Source: an uncultured virus (IMG/VR IMGVR_UViG_3300049489_000458) (taxonomy: Duplodnaviria > Heunggongvirae > Uroviricota > Caudoviricetes). From it: a DNA stretch of 64,000 nt. The translations under genes and the position numbers were made by a program. A model generated the notes under the pieces. It saw only the letters and a list, made by a program, of their open reading frames with translations, ran no database searches and had not been told where the DNA came from. The stretch lies in the IMG/VR virus record IMGVR_UViG_3300049489_000458; one strand, 5' to 3'. Position 1 is the first letter of the stretch. Each line of letters starts with the position of its first letter. This document shows positions 46,301-55,534 of this stretch, one piece after another.

Positions 46301-48113
46301 CATAGCGTCAACTATTCAATTACTAACTAGTTCGAATTATAACTATAAATTTACGTCATTTGGCGTTTCTTATGAAAATGACAATTCTTATCTATTATTT
46401 ATGCCATCTAGTAAATCTGACACAATCGCGACTATTGCATTTAGACATAATACATATACCTCATCATTTACAACTTTTAAAATGTCTAAGACCTGTGGTA
46501 TCGTTAATGCTAGTGATGATAAATTATATCTCGGAACTAGTGATACTAACTATATCGAAAGAGAGCGTAAGCTATTTAATCGTACAGATTTTGCAGATAG
46601 GAATTTTGATCTTATAGTCCCATCTAACTCAGTTGATGGCACAACGCTTCGTCTATCTTCTTCTGTTTCAATTGATATTGGTGATGCTGTTGTTCAAAGT
46701 CAATATCTTACTATTGCAGAATATAATCAGCTTTTAAAGAAACTAGATTTAGATCCGTCAATTGGCGATGCTGAAGTTACTAATTTTGACTATGCTTCAT
46801 ATTCAGGATCTATCCCTTCTTCTCTCCATAGTAAATACTTTATTCTATATTCGGCTTCTGATGCCAAACGGTATGCTGTATTTTACGACGCACAGGGAGA
46901 TCTCCCTAGCCTAGATACTAACGTATTTAACGATATTAGTGACGCTGATCAGATTAGGGTAGATATCAGTTCAGGAGTCACCACTAAGGCTTTACTAGCT
47001 CAAGCTACTAAAACTGCTATACAGTCTGCTACTTTTGACTTTATCGTAGCATATACATCTGGTAATGAGTTTTTTCAAACTACAACTATTCGTAACGGTA
47101 ATACCTCAGATGCAATTGATAGCGCCGTTAATGGCGTTCTTAATGGATTTGCTATTACTATCCTAAATCAAGGAGTTGGGGATTACTTTGATGATCTAGA
47201 AATGGAACAGGGTAATAATATATATGCTAAACTTAACGCTCTGGCCACTAAACTAGACGCAGATCCTGGTATTGCTCAAACTGATTATCTTGCTTCAATT
47301 GGTACATATTCTGCTGTTGGATCAATTATAACATTTGGTAGCCCTAATACATTAATTAGTGAAGTTGCTCATGGTCTCCAGGATGGTCGGTTGGTCACTA
47401 TTTCAAATAGCACATCTACTCCTAGTATAAACGGTGATTATGTTATAACGAGAGTGGATGCTAATAATTTTACTATTCCCATTGCGACTACCGTTGGTGG
47501 GACTTGTAATTGGTCCGCTAATCTGACGACATTTACTCAAGCCCAGGCAGCGTTTAACACTATCGTTAATAAGCTAAATATTGACACAGGCGTTAGTTAT
47601 CAGAACTATCTACTATCTGAAGATGTCAAAGAATTTGAAGTCTTGATTCTAGATAAGGCACTTAATACGACTGATGTTGTCATGCAATTCTCAATGCCGT
47701 TATTAGAAGGTCCAATTACTGTCTATAAGGGTATTCCTTGCGATGTTCAATATAGTCCTGAAACATTTGGTGATACTTCAATGTTAAAACAAGTTACGGA
47801 ATCGACTGTTATCTTTGAAGATGCAAACTTTTCAAGGGCCACTGTTGGATTTAAGACAGACTTAAGCCCTGGTTTTGAAACTGTTAACTTCACTAAATCT
47901 GGTAAGGGTGATTTTGGGTTCTTTACTTTCAGTCAACATAACTGGGGTGGTGGATTCTCTGGTGTTCCACTACGAACATATATCCCTAGACAAAAACAAC
48001 GTAATAGATATATACAATTAGAATTCCTGCATGATAGCTCAAGAGAACACTTTGCATTATATGGTTTCTCATATACGTTTAGGGCGATTTCAGAAAGGGC
48101 GTACCGTGGGTAA
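43359..48113 (+). CDS. Tail tubular protein B / nozzle-like protein (1584 aa) with inserted domains
   Basis: Follows the adaptor; 'GLVTDPN...AENVV' N-terminus, propeller-like segment 'RIYFAK...LFILKEDGVYRL', typical C-terminus. Confidence 0.65.
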   Translation: MAQKVVLKNKGLVTDPNQLSGLPEGAMVKAENVVIDRQDIVESRRGMAQYGNTFGLPDARSKQLLVYKDRILIHYSDKLLFNDNPHNNTVDGDFEQFDGSFSELETGLRIKAIESNKNLYFTTSDGIKKISAKTAADFTTAVDFIRDAGAAKALDVTGSLNSTTEGFLPPNSKVSYRVVWAYKDNNNNQIVGSPSSKLVMSNASLANANIDLDFVIPQNVISGYFYQVYRSAVFTATGSLTLDDIFPDDELQLVIEDFPTSAQFTTGSIRVTDLAPEDLRQGGLFLYTNPNAGEGIGQANEPPPIAKDVTMYQNTLFYANTETRARTNITLLSVDDFTTGGSSITIDNSVDPAQTYTFVGAKEKTKFDFTPYVGQIPADLKGKYFLINSASNKRKYYAWFDNTKTKQVIDFANFTGSFTAPIPDLDTKFFVLYTKDPDKTYYVWLDATGSSIDPGTDSANGLTGYIGMRVPILGLTTIVQLANAVQTAIANGDIDDDFDVNYATGTAAGVTVTFGNPTLFTSASHGLETGDRVTVTASGTTPNIDGIHYITKTGVNTFTIPVVTTVGGPATWTADSSAVIVYSESFDDTQRPVVENIQKGFSFTFDTELNDDPSNDLITNTDVVGRSGFRVNVSRGVTTNAHVADALAAAIDDQDTALDFLVEYGTSPTYVEITNKNNGNTVDAVDSSINPIANSFVITVLTQGDGEDVSGVITATNTGPTVTVTSADNGLSVADTITITNSNTTPSIDGTHTIVARTKNTFDITPGSPVTIAGTSGSWKQVDNHVLLSAAVSPAQAIDETARSLVNIINLNSSDTVYAYYLSGSTDLPGPILLETKDIGTNQFTVIANNATTGAEFNPSLPPVLNAEPVIGVAETKPNRIYFAKLQQPEAVPLLNFIDVGPEDKAISRILALRESLFILKEDGVYRLTGSNGSFSVDLFDGSTKILAPDSAITLNNLVYCLTNLGIVSISDTGVSVISNPIASTIQLLTSSNYNYKFTSFGVSYENDNSYLLFMPSSKSDTIATIAFRHNTYTSSFTTFKMSKTCGIVNASDDKLYLGTSDTNYIERERKLFNRTDFADRNFDLIVPSNSVDGTTLRLSSSVSIDIGDAVVQSQYLTIAEYNQLLKKLDLDPSIGDAEVTNFDYASYSGSIPSSLHSKYFILYSASDAKRYAVFYDAQGDLPSLDTNVFNDISDADQIRVDISSGVTTKALLAQATKTAIQSATFDFIVAYTSGNEFFQTTTIRNGNTSDAIDSAVNGVLNGFAITILNQGVGDYFDDLEMEQGNNIYAKLNALATKLDADPGIAQTDYLASIGTYSAVGSIITFGSPNTLISEVAHGLQDGRLVTISNSTSTPSINGDYVITRVDANNFTIPIATTVGGTCNWSANLTTFTQAQAAFNTIVNKLNIDTGVSYQNYLLSEDVKEFEVLILDKALNTTDVVMQFSMPLLEGPITVYKGIPCDVQYSPETFGDTSMLKQVTESTVIFEDANFSRATVGFKTDLSPGFETVNFTKSGKGDFGFFTFSQHNWGGGFSGVPLRTYIPRQKQRNRYIQLEFLHDSSREHFALYGFSYTFRAISERAYRG

Positions 48114-49596
48114 TCCTGGACCATTGATAAAAAAAGGAGCCAAAATATCAAAGGCTTTCTTACAAAAGTTAGCACAGACTGGAAAGATGGATCAGATTTC
48201 GGCTCAAAAAGTTTTAGAAATGATTCCAACTGCCGAAGATGCGGCTGGAGTTGCTGGATTAACTACTGCATCTATGATGACTCCCGATGAAGCTAATGCG
48301 GCTGGCGTTGGTACTATTATGAGTCGGCTTGGTGTTGGTTTAGAAGAGGCAACTAAGATTAAAAAACTTGCTGCTGAAAAGATTCCACAATCTTTATTTG
48401 ATGAAAATATTCGAGCTATTCAAGAAGTATCTCAGTTTAAAAAAGATCCTTCCCAATATAAAAAACTTGGTCATGGAGTTGATTATAGAGCATTTGAAAC
48501 TCCATCAGGTAATGTACTTAAACAACCTAAAGATTTAACAAAAAATAATGATATACTTAAAGTTGCTCCATCTTTAGTTGAACAAGCAGGACTTGGACCT
48601 AAAACTAAAAATATACAACTTGGAGATAAAGCTCCCTATATGCTTCAGGATAAAGTAACTCCTTTAAGTGATATATTCGAAAAAGATCCCGCCTATATGG
48701 ATTTAGATAATACTCTTAATAAACTATATCGCGACGCTAAAAAAAGTAAGTCCAATATGACCGATTTTGCTGATTCTCCTAAAATTAAAGAGATACAAAA
48801 TGCTCGTAATATAAGAAAAAATTTACTACTAAAGTCTCAAGGTATTACACCTGATTCATTACGAGAGGATTATCTATCATTATCACCTAAAGAAAGAGAT
48901 AAGGTTGGTTTATTTGATGGAGAGGAGGGTATTTATAGTAAGCCCGAGGACGCATTTGCTCGTTTATTAGAATATGATGTTAATTCTAAATTAAAATCAG
49001 TTATAACTCCAAACGATTTGCATATTGGTAATGTAGGATTAAATGCAAACGGAAAGCCTATAGCATTTGATACTTCTCAATTTGAGAATTTTAAACCTGA
49101 GAATCTTACTCCAAAAATGCACCAATCTATTATGGATGCAAACATTGCCACTCCTGAAAAGAAGAAAGCTTTACGTCAATTATTAAATGGTGAAGTTCCA
49201 GTTCAAGAAACTCAATCACCTTTTGATATGGTTTCTTTTAAAAAGGCAGCAGCCGCTGCTGCTATGCCAACTATGGAATCAGATCTTATTAGTAAGCCTC
49301 TTGATCAGATAAAAGATGCATATAGTGCATTTCGTCAGCCTATAGTTGATGCTACTTCCTATATTGGTCGAACTGCTGGAGAAAATTTAGCACTTTCAAA
49401 TCCGGCAACTTATCAGGATACTAAATCGTATGGCGATGCTGGTGAATTAGCCGGAAATTTATTGCTTGATCCTGCTAATCTTTTAGCTCCAGGTGCCGGA
49501 GTTGCTATGGGAGCTGCTGATATGGGTTTATTGAAAGAACCCGAATTGACTCCTGAAGAACAACAACGTAAACTTGCAATAGATCGGTTACGATAA
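48106..49596 (+). CDS. Protein with a kinase-like (PKL) domain
   Basis: LGHG Gly-loop, VLK, DLHIGN catalytic loop, IAFD; GTG start with GAAAGG RBS. Confidence 0.65.
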   Translation: MGNPGPLIKKGAKISKAFLQKLAQTGKMDQISAQKVLEMIPTAEDAAGVAGLTTASMMTPDEANAAGVGTIMSRLGVGLEEATKIKKLAAEKIPQSLFDENIRAIQEVSQFKKDPSQYKKLGHGVDYRAFETPSGNVLKQPKDLTKNNDILKVAPSLVEQAGLGPKTKNIQLGDKAPYMLQDKVTPLSDIFEKDPAYMDLDNTLNKLYRDAKKSKSNMTDFADSPKIKEIQNARNIRKNLLLKSQGITPDSLREDYLSLSPKERDKVGLFDGEEGIYSKPEDAFARLLEYDVNSKLKSVITPNDLHIGNVGLNANGKPIAFDTSQFENFKPENLTPKMHQSIMDANIATPEKKKALRQLLNGEVPVQETQSPFDMVSFKKAAAAAAMPTMESDLISKPLDQIKDAYSAFRQPIVDATSYIGRTAGENLALSNPATYQDTKSYGDAGELAGNLLLDPANLLAPGAGVAMGAADMGLLKEPELTPEEQQRKLAIDRLR

Positions 49597-50480
49597 TGTC
49601 TGATTATAAAAATATTAAAAATCTATTTAGGGGAACAGAAGAACTACCTGAAGTTACACCTAGTCCTCGTACTACAAAATTTAATAATACCGCAACTTTT
49701 GATGACGTATTTCCTCAATATTCTAAATTTTTACAAAATGCCAGAGAAGAGGCTATAAGAGAAAAACTTCCAAGTTATTTATCTTCTCCAAAAGGACAGG
49801 ATTCCTTAACTGGAGGAAGTTCTAATAGTAATATACTATCTCCAATTTTAGATACAGATTCATCCAATAAATTAAATCAACAACTTGAATATGAGAAATT
49901 ATCTAAATTAATGTTACAAGATCCTAAGCAGTTTATAACAAGAGATCCCATAAATGAAAAAATTATAGAAGCGTATGTAAAAGACATTCATCCTGAAATG
50001 ATACAAAATCGTAAAATTAGTCTTGAATCTAATGATACACCAATAGATGAAACATTAGAATTAATGCGATATCAAAAAAAGATAGCTAATGAAGTAACTG
50101 GAGTAAAACATCCATCTAGATATCGTATGGACCCTAATTTAGATGATCTGGGTCAATATGACCGCATTAATGATAAGATTTCTGTTAAGAGTCCTATAAC
50201 ATTTGGTATAGCTCCACATGAATATTTACATAAAAAATATCGAGATACTGGTGGAAAACATAGTTCATCTGAGATGATATATGATCTGTCAAGAACTCCA
50301 ATTTTAGCAGATTCTATAACACATGATAATAATCAACATATTTTAGAAAAATTAAACGAACAAGCGTCTATTCCTGAACCTATATTACGCGGAGTTTATC
50401 CGGTTATAGCCAATCAATCTCCTGGTGAATCTGCCTTTTACTATAATAAACTAAAATCTCTGCTTAAAGGTCAAAAATAA
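49596..50480 (+). CDS. Putative zincin metallopeptidase-domain protein
   Basis: 'LGQYDRINDKISV...PHEYLH' HExxH. Confidence 0.55.
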   Translation: MSDYKNIKNLFRGTEELPEVTPSPRTTKFNNTATFDDVFPQYSKFLQNAREEAIREKLPSYLSSPKGQDSLTGGSSNSNILSPILDTDSSNKLNQQLEYEKLSKLMLQDPKQFITRDPINEKIIEAYVKDIHPEMIQNRKISLESNDTPIDETLELMRYQKKIANEVTGVKHPSRYRMDPNLDDLGQYDRINDKISVKSPITFGIAPHEYLHKKYRDTGGKHSSSEMIYDLSRTPILADSITHDNNQHILEKLNEQASIPEPILRGVYPVIANQSPGESAFYYNKLKSLLKGQK

Positions 50481-50890
50481 TGGGTAAGGCTCCAAATCTT
50501 AAAAGAATAGCTAAAGAGGACTTTCCTGCCGAATATCAGGAATTAATCGATAAATTGGCCTTCCCATTAAACTCCCATATGGAACAGGTTCGCGATCTAT
50601 TCACTAAGAATGTAGATTTTGACAACCTTGCTAGAGAACTTATTACACTTAAGATTCAAACTAATTCTCTATCTAAGCCTATAACTAAGGTATCTTTCAA
50701 ATCTACTCTTAGAAATAAGATTCGTGGCATTAACGTTATTTCTGCCAATATTACATCATCTAATACATCCTATGTCCAATCGGCACCTTTTATCTCATTT
50801 TCTCAGAATGATGGCATTGTTTCTGTCACTAATATATCCGGTTTGGCTCCTGAAACAACATATGAATTAGTATTAGAAACGATTAGTTAA
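50480..50890 (+). CDS. Hypothetical virion protein
   Basis: Coupled ORF in the tail operon. Confidence 0.6.
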   Translation: MGKAPNLKRIAKEDFPAEYQELIDKLAFPLNSHMEQVRDLFTKNVDFDNLARELITLKIQTNSLSKPITKVSFKSTLRNKIRGINVISANITSSNTSYVQSAPFISFSQNDGIVSVTNISGLAPETTYELVLETIS

Positions 50891-50898
50891 CAAATATA
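50886..50898 (+). promoter_or_regulatory. Putative late promoter GTTAACAAATATA (6 of 6)
   Basis: Just before the GAGG RBS of the ejection-protein block. Confidence 0.7.
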
Positions 50899-50911
50899 TT
50901 AGAGGACATAC

Positions 50912-52714
50912 ATGGCTTTTAATCCAGTAACTGCACCTACCGCCCTAACACCTGAACAGATAGCAGCGCAGAAGGCCCAAGGCGGCGCTCCTCTTCAGAC
51001 TATAGGCACCGCTGCCCCAGCAGGTCAAGCTCCCGCTAATGGTGCTCCTACGCAGTCACAGCCCCAAGGCTCGGGTAGATTCACTAATATCCAGAAGTAC
51101 ATTAGTGCTAATAAACAAGGTGGAAATCAGATAGCTAATCAAATTGGTTCTGGTATGCAGAAGCAGTTTGGCGAACAGTCACAAAAAGCAACAGATTATA
51201 ATACCCGTCTTGGTCAATCTATATCTCAAGCCAATGAAACAGCTAAAGCTGGTTTAGATTATCAGAATCGACTAAAGGATATCGGTAATCAGATTGGTCA
51301 GGCTACTATTACTCCTGAACAGTTAGCCGATCAAAAGATGGCTCAAGATAGGCTCGCTCAACGTGATAATCAGGATCTAAGTAAGCTTGAAGCTTTTACG
51401 TCTGCTCCTGATTTTAATAAGTTTCAGGATATTCAGGCTGGTCGCGCTATTGATGAGAATCTTTTATCTATTCAACAACAACGAGCTGCGGCTCAAGCCC
51501 AACAAGCATTAGCTGGTTCACAACAGGCACAACAAGATCTAGGTTCAGAGTCTGGTCGATTTAATTTACTTCGTCAGTCTCTTGGTGGTGATGGTCGAAA
51601 TAACTATAATCAAGGTCAACAGCGTCTTGATCAAATGTTGCTGGGTCAAAGTTCTGGGTTAGGTGACGTTAAAGCTAATGCGGCTAAAGCGTCGGTTATG
51701 AATTCCCAATTAGCTAGATCCGCAGCTAATGAACAGGGTAACGTTAGTCGTATCACTAATCAGGAACGTGGATTAATCGGTGATATTAATACCCAAGCTG
51801 GAGCTAATGAAAAGTCATATGTTGATATGCTTAATAGCTATGTCAACCCGTTTAATCAAAAACGAGCAGATGAGTATGCTGATTTAGAACGAGCAGTTCA
51901 GACTTATCGACCTGATGATAAAGGGCAACAGAAAGCTTGGGAATCTGGATTTACTGATGAGCAAATGAAACGTTTAGGTCTGACTGATGCAAATCAGGGA
52001 GTTTACAATGTTTTTAATAAAGACGTAAATACTGCCCATGATATTGTAACAAAAGGAATGGACGCAACAAGTGGTGCACAGATTGCAAATCAAGCTGATG
52101 TTAATAGATATGGAGCATTATCTAAAATTATGGGAGCAAATGCGCCTAAATCTATTACTCAAGTTGGCGATATTGGACAAACTGCTTCGTATGATAATAT
52201 CGTAGGAGAAGGTGCTCTAAAATCTCGATTAGATGCTGCACAAAAACAATGGACAGATGAGGCGAGTAAAAAAATCGAAGGGGTGACGACAAAGCAATAC
52301 ACACTTCCTAGTGACTCTCTAAATAGACTGTATACAAACGCCTATTCCGGTGCGAATGCTTCCGATTTAATTAATCAAGGCCGAAGTGCGATTAATACGA
52401 AGATCTCTCCTGACCAATTAAACTGGTCAAACTGGGCGGATTACATTGGTGCAACGAATCTGGATAAAAATCGCGGTCAAGTTCAAAACTCTCAACAGCA
52501 AGTTATTGACCAGTTAAAGAAAAAAATTGCAGACTCGAATTATAATCGAACATTGGGTGGTCGTAGAAATACATTCTTAGATACCGAAAAATATGCTATT
52601 GATCCTAAAACAGGACTACCTACTTCTGGAATGACAATTAAAGCAGATCCGACTCCGATAACTCAAGAAGATCCTAGTGCCTATAATAATCTGAAAAAAC
52701 TAATTAAAGGTTAA
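50912..52714 (+). CDS. Internal virion / ejection protein (Q/N/A-rich)
   Basis: Composition and position. Confidence 0.6.
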   Translation: MAFNPVTAPTALTPEQIAAQKAQGGAPLQTIGTAAPAGQAPANGAPTQSQPQGSGRFTNIQKYISANKQGGNQIANQIGSGMQKQFGEQSQKATDYNTRLGQSISQANETAKAGLDYQNRLKDIGNQIGQATITPEQLADQKMAQDRLAQRDNQDLSKLEAFTSAPDFNKFQDIQAGRAIDENLLSIQQQRAAAQAQQALAGSQQAQQDLGSESGRFNLLRQSLGGDGRNNYNQGQQRLDQMLLGQSSGLGDVKANAAKASVMNSQLARSAANEQGNVSRITNQERGLIGDINTQAGANEKSYVDMLNSYVNPFNQKRADEYADLERAVQTYRPDDKGQQKAWESGFTDEQMKRLGLTDANQGVYNVFNKDVNTAHDIVTKGMDATSGAQIANQADVNRYGALSKIMGANAPKSITQVGDIGQTASYDNIVGEGALKSRLDAAQKQWTDEASKKIEGVTTKQYTLPSDSLNRLYTNAYSGANASDLINQGRSAINTKISPDQLNWSNWADYIGATNLDKNRGQVQNSQQQVIDQLKKKIADSNYNRTLGGRRNTFLDTEKYAIDPKTGLPTSGMTIKADPTPITQEDPSAYNNLKKLIKG

Positions 52715-52716
52715 TA

Positions 52717-53112
52717 ATGCAAGTTCGTCCATTTAATGTTGAAACTGAATATAAACATATCCAATCCTGGGGTGAAAAACAGGGTTGGCCTATGATGCCA
52801 TCTAAGTATTATGGTCTTAAAGGTTTTATATCTTATGATGAAAATACCCCTGTAGCGGTAGGGTTTGTCTATCGTGATAAAGGTTGTCCATTTTGTATAT
52901 TAGAATGGGTTATTGGTAATCCTGATGTTAATTGGGAAATTCGCAAAGCTGGACTTGATGATGTTATGGAATCCTGCTTTACCTGGGCTAAAGAAGATGG
53001 GGCCGAAGTGGTTTTGACTATGACTAAGAATAAACGTTTGATTGAAAAGTACAAAGAGAAATCGTTTGTGCAAACTGATGATGAAATGGTTCATTTAGTG
53101 AGGAGATTGTAA
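52717..53112 (+). CDS. GNAT-fold acetyltransferase-like virion-module protein
   Basis: 131 aa with a GNAT-like strand/helix pattern; same position as T7 gp13-like genes before ejection proteins. Confidence 0.6.
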   Translation: MQVRPFNVETEYKHIQSWGEKQGWPMMPSKYYGLKGFISYDENTPVAVGFVYRDKGCPFCILEWVIGNPDVNWEIRKAGLDDVMESCFTWAKEDGAEVVLTMTKNKRLIEKYKEKSFVQTDDEMVHLVRRL

Positions 53113-54173
53113 TGGGAGCAGTAACAGCCGCTGTTATTGGCGGTGCGATTCTAGCCGGAGGTTCATACGCTGCTTCACAAGAATCCAAAAAGGGAGCTGA
53201 CGCTCAACGTAAAGCCGCCGAGGAAGCTCTAAAAACATTTAAAGGTATTCCAATACCAACGATTGAAGAACAACAGCTTATATTACAAAATCCTGATCTA
53301 GTTGGTCAATATACACCAGAACAAGTTCAAGCTATGGAATTAATGACTTCCAAAATGGAAGGAGTTAATGTTGATCAAAAAACTATTGATGCACAAAACT
53401 CTGCTCTTGAAGGTATTGGTGAAATTGCTGAAGGTGGTTATAGTGAAGGTGATAAAGCTACTGCTCGTGAAATTCAACGTAATGTGTCACAAGACTCTCA
53501 GGCTCGCCAGAAGTCAATTCTTAATGCAATGGCTAGTCGTGGAGTTCTCGGTTCTGGAATGGAACTTGCTGCTCAATTACAAGGTAATCAACAAGCCGAA
53601 GAACAGATGTCACGCGGAGGCGAAGCTCTCACCCAGCAAGCCCAGGCTCGTGCATTACAGGCATTAGGACAACAGGGCGGATTAGCTGGTCAAATGCGTA
53701 GTCAGGAATATGGTGAATTATCTGATAAGGCTCGCGCTGCTGATGCTATTAATCAGTTTAATACCCAGAATCGACAGAATGTTGCAAATACTAATGTGGG
53801 TGAACGTAACAGGGCACAACTCCTGAATCTTCAACAACGTCAAAGTCAAGAAGACCAACGTGCTGCTTTAGCAAATCAATCGCAAATTCATAATAAAGGA
53901 CTAATTCAGGCTCAATTCAATAATCGTAGCGGTGTCGCTAATCAGATATCTAATGCACAAATGGCCGTTGGAAATGCACAAAATGCTGCAGCACAAGCTA
54001 ATGCTGCAGGTATTCAAGGTGTAGCAAGTGCGGTTGGTTCTGGAGTGATGGGACTTGGTGGAATGATGAATTCTAATTCACAAGCTAAAGATGCTCAAAC
54101 TAATGCTAATCAACAGTCTGCTCTTAATAGACAGAATGCTTTAGATATTGAAAAAGTAAAACGAGGATACTAA
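53112..54173 (+). CDS. DNA ejection (pilot) protein
   Basis: Hydrophobic Gly/Ala N-terminus; 'MASRGVLGSG'; Q/N/A-rich. Confidence 0.7.
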   Translation: MGAVTAAVIGGAILAGGSYAASQESKKGADAQRKAAEEALKTFKGIPIPTIEEQQLILQNPDLVGQYTPEQVQAMELMTSKMEGVNVDQKTIDAQNSALEGIGEIAEGGYSEGDKATAREIQRNVSQDSQARQKSILNAMASRGVLGSGMELAAQLQGNQQAEEQMSRGGEALTQQAQARALQALGQQGGLAGQMRSQEYGELSDKARAADAINQFNTQNRQNVANTNVGERNRAQLLNLQQRQSQEDQRAALANQSQIHNKGLIQAQFNNRSGVANQISNAQMAVGNAQNAAAQANAAGIQGVASAVGSGVMGLGGMMNSNSQAKDAQTNANQQSALNRQNALDIEKVKRGY

Positions 54174-55534
54174 TGATTTCACAAACTGATCAAGAATTGA
54201 TGGAAAAACTAAAAGAAGACGCTTTGGCTAATCAGCAGCTTGATGCTGAAGTTCCTATTACTCCCGCTGGTCCATCAGATGCAGATCGTCTATATGAAGC
54301 ACAGACTGCTGGCAATAAACAAGAATATATGTCACAGCTTCTTCGTAGTTTTCAAAATATGCTTCAATCTTCTGCTCCCAATAGTGGATATAGGGCAGAT
54401 CATGGTGTGTCTGACTCAATGTCTAAACAGGCCGGTCAAATGGCAAGTAATGTTAAAGACCAATTGAATATGGAAGCCATGTCTCGTAAAGAGGCACAGA
54501 ATCAAGAACAAACTGCTCTCAAAAATAAAATGGAAATGGAAAATCACGAAAGGGCACAACAAGAAGGTGCATTGAGACAAGATGATTTTCAATTAAAGTT
54601 AGCTAAAGCTAAATTAGATTTTCAGGATATGGAGGCTAATCGAGATCCGGCCTCGCCACAATCTAAAATTGCCCAAGATCGAGTTCTTGAAGTTCGAGCT
54701 AAAATTGGTCAACCTCTTAATGAGGAATCAGTTCGTCAACAATCAGGCGAGGCTTTATTCAAGACATTCGATTTTCTTAAAGAAGATCTTGTTCAATATT
54801 ACAAAAACTTTAATGCCGAAGCTGAACGTACTAAAGATATAGAAATTGCTAATAAACGTCTTCAAGTTGAAACTGAACGTAATAAAAAACTTGATGTTAT
54901 GGAAGAACGCCGTCAAAAACGTCAAGATCTGGCGGAAACTGAAGCTACTCGTAGAGCTAGACAAAATGAGATCAATACTGCCCGTGGTTTTATGAAGGAT
55001 GATCCTCGTTTTAAAAAGGCGATGGAACAGTCTATGGAATTCGATAACGTTGGTCAGCTAATTGATGAAGCCCAAAAGGGTAATCAACAGGCAGTCGGCG
55101 CACTAGGTACTAAGTTAGCTCGGGCGATGGGCGAAGTTGGGGTTCTAACTGAATCTGACGTTACTCGTTACGTTGCCGGTCAATCTTGGGGCAGAAAACT
55201 TAAAGATTGGTTTAAAAAAGGCGCACAAGGAGAACTATCTCCTGAAACTATTCAAGGTATTCAGGCTAATCTTACTACTTTAAAAGAAAAGCTTGGTAAA
55301 GATATTAGTACAGTATATGATGCTTCAACTTCTCGTATGAAAGCTGCATATCCTGATATGGATGAAACTGCAATTCGTGGTATCCTTGGTGATCCTCGAA
55401 CTATGAAGCCAGTAACGTCACTTGATAGGTCTAGCGGACCTTATGGAGATACGACAGTTAGAGATGGTAAGACTTATAAGTGGAACCCTACCGGCAATGG
55501 CGGTAAAGGTTCATATCAATTAATTGGACAATAA
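54173..55534 (+). CDS. Ejection / internal core protein
   Basis: Coiled-coil; 'GVLTESDV' motif; position. Confidence 0.65.
   Translation: MISQTDQELMEKLKEDALANQQLDAEVPITPAGPSDADRLYEAQTAGNKQEYMSQLLRSFQNMLQSSAPNSGYRADHGVSDSMSKQAGQMASNVKDQLNMEAMSRKEAQNQEQTALKNKMEMENHERAQQEGALRQDDFQLKLAKAKLDFQDMEANRDPASPQSKIAQDRVLEVRAKIGQPLNEESVRQQSGEALFKTFDFLKEDLVQYYKNFNAEAERTKDIEIANKRLQVETERNKKLDVMEERRQKRQDLAETEATRRARQNEINTARGFMKDDPRFKKAMEQSMEFDNVGQLIDEAQKGNQQAVGALGTKLARAMGEVGVLTESDVTRYVAGQSWGRKLKDWFKKGAQGELSPETIQGIQANLTTLKEKLGKDISTVYDASTSRMKAAYPDMDETAIRGILGDPRTMKPVTSLDRSSGPYGDTTVRDGKTYKWNPTGNGGKGSYQLIGQ

Noticed and set aside
50640..50649. Extra AGTGTAATAA copy
   Set aside because: Isolated, antisense inside a late CDS; probably chance
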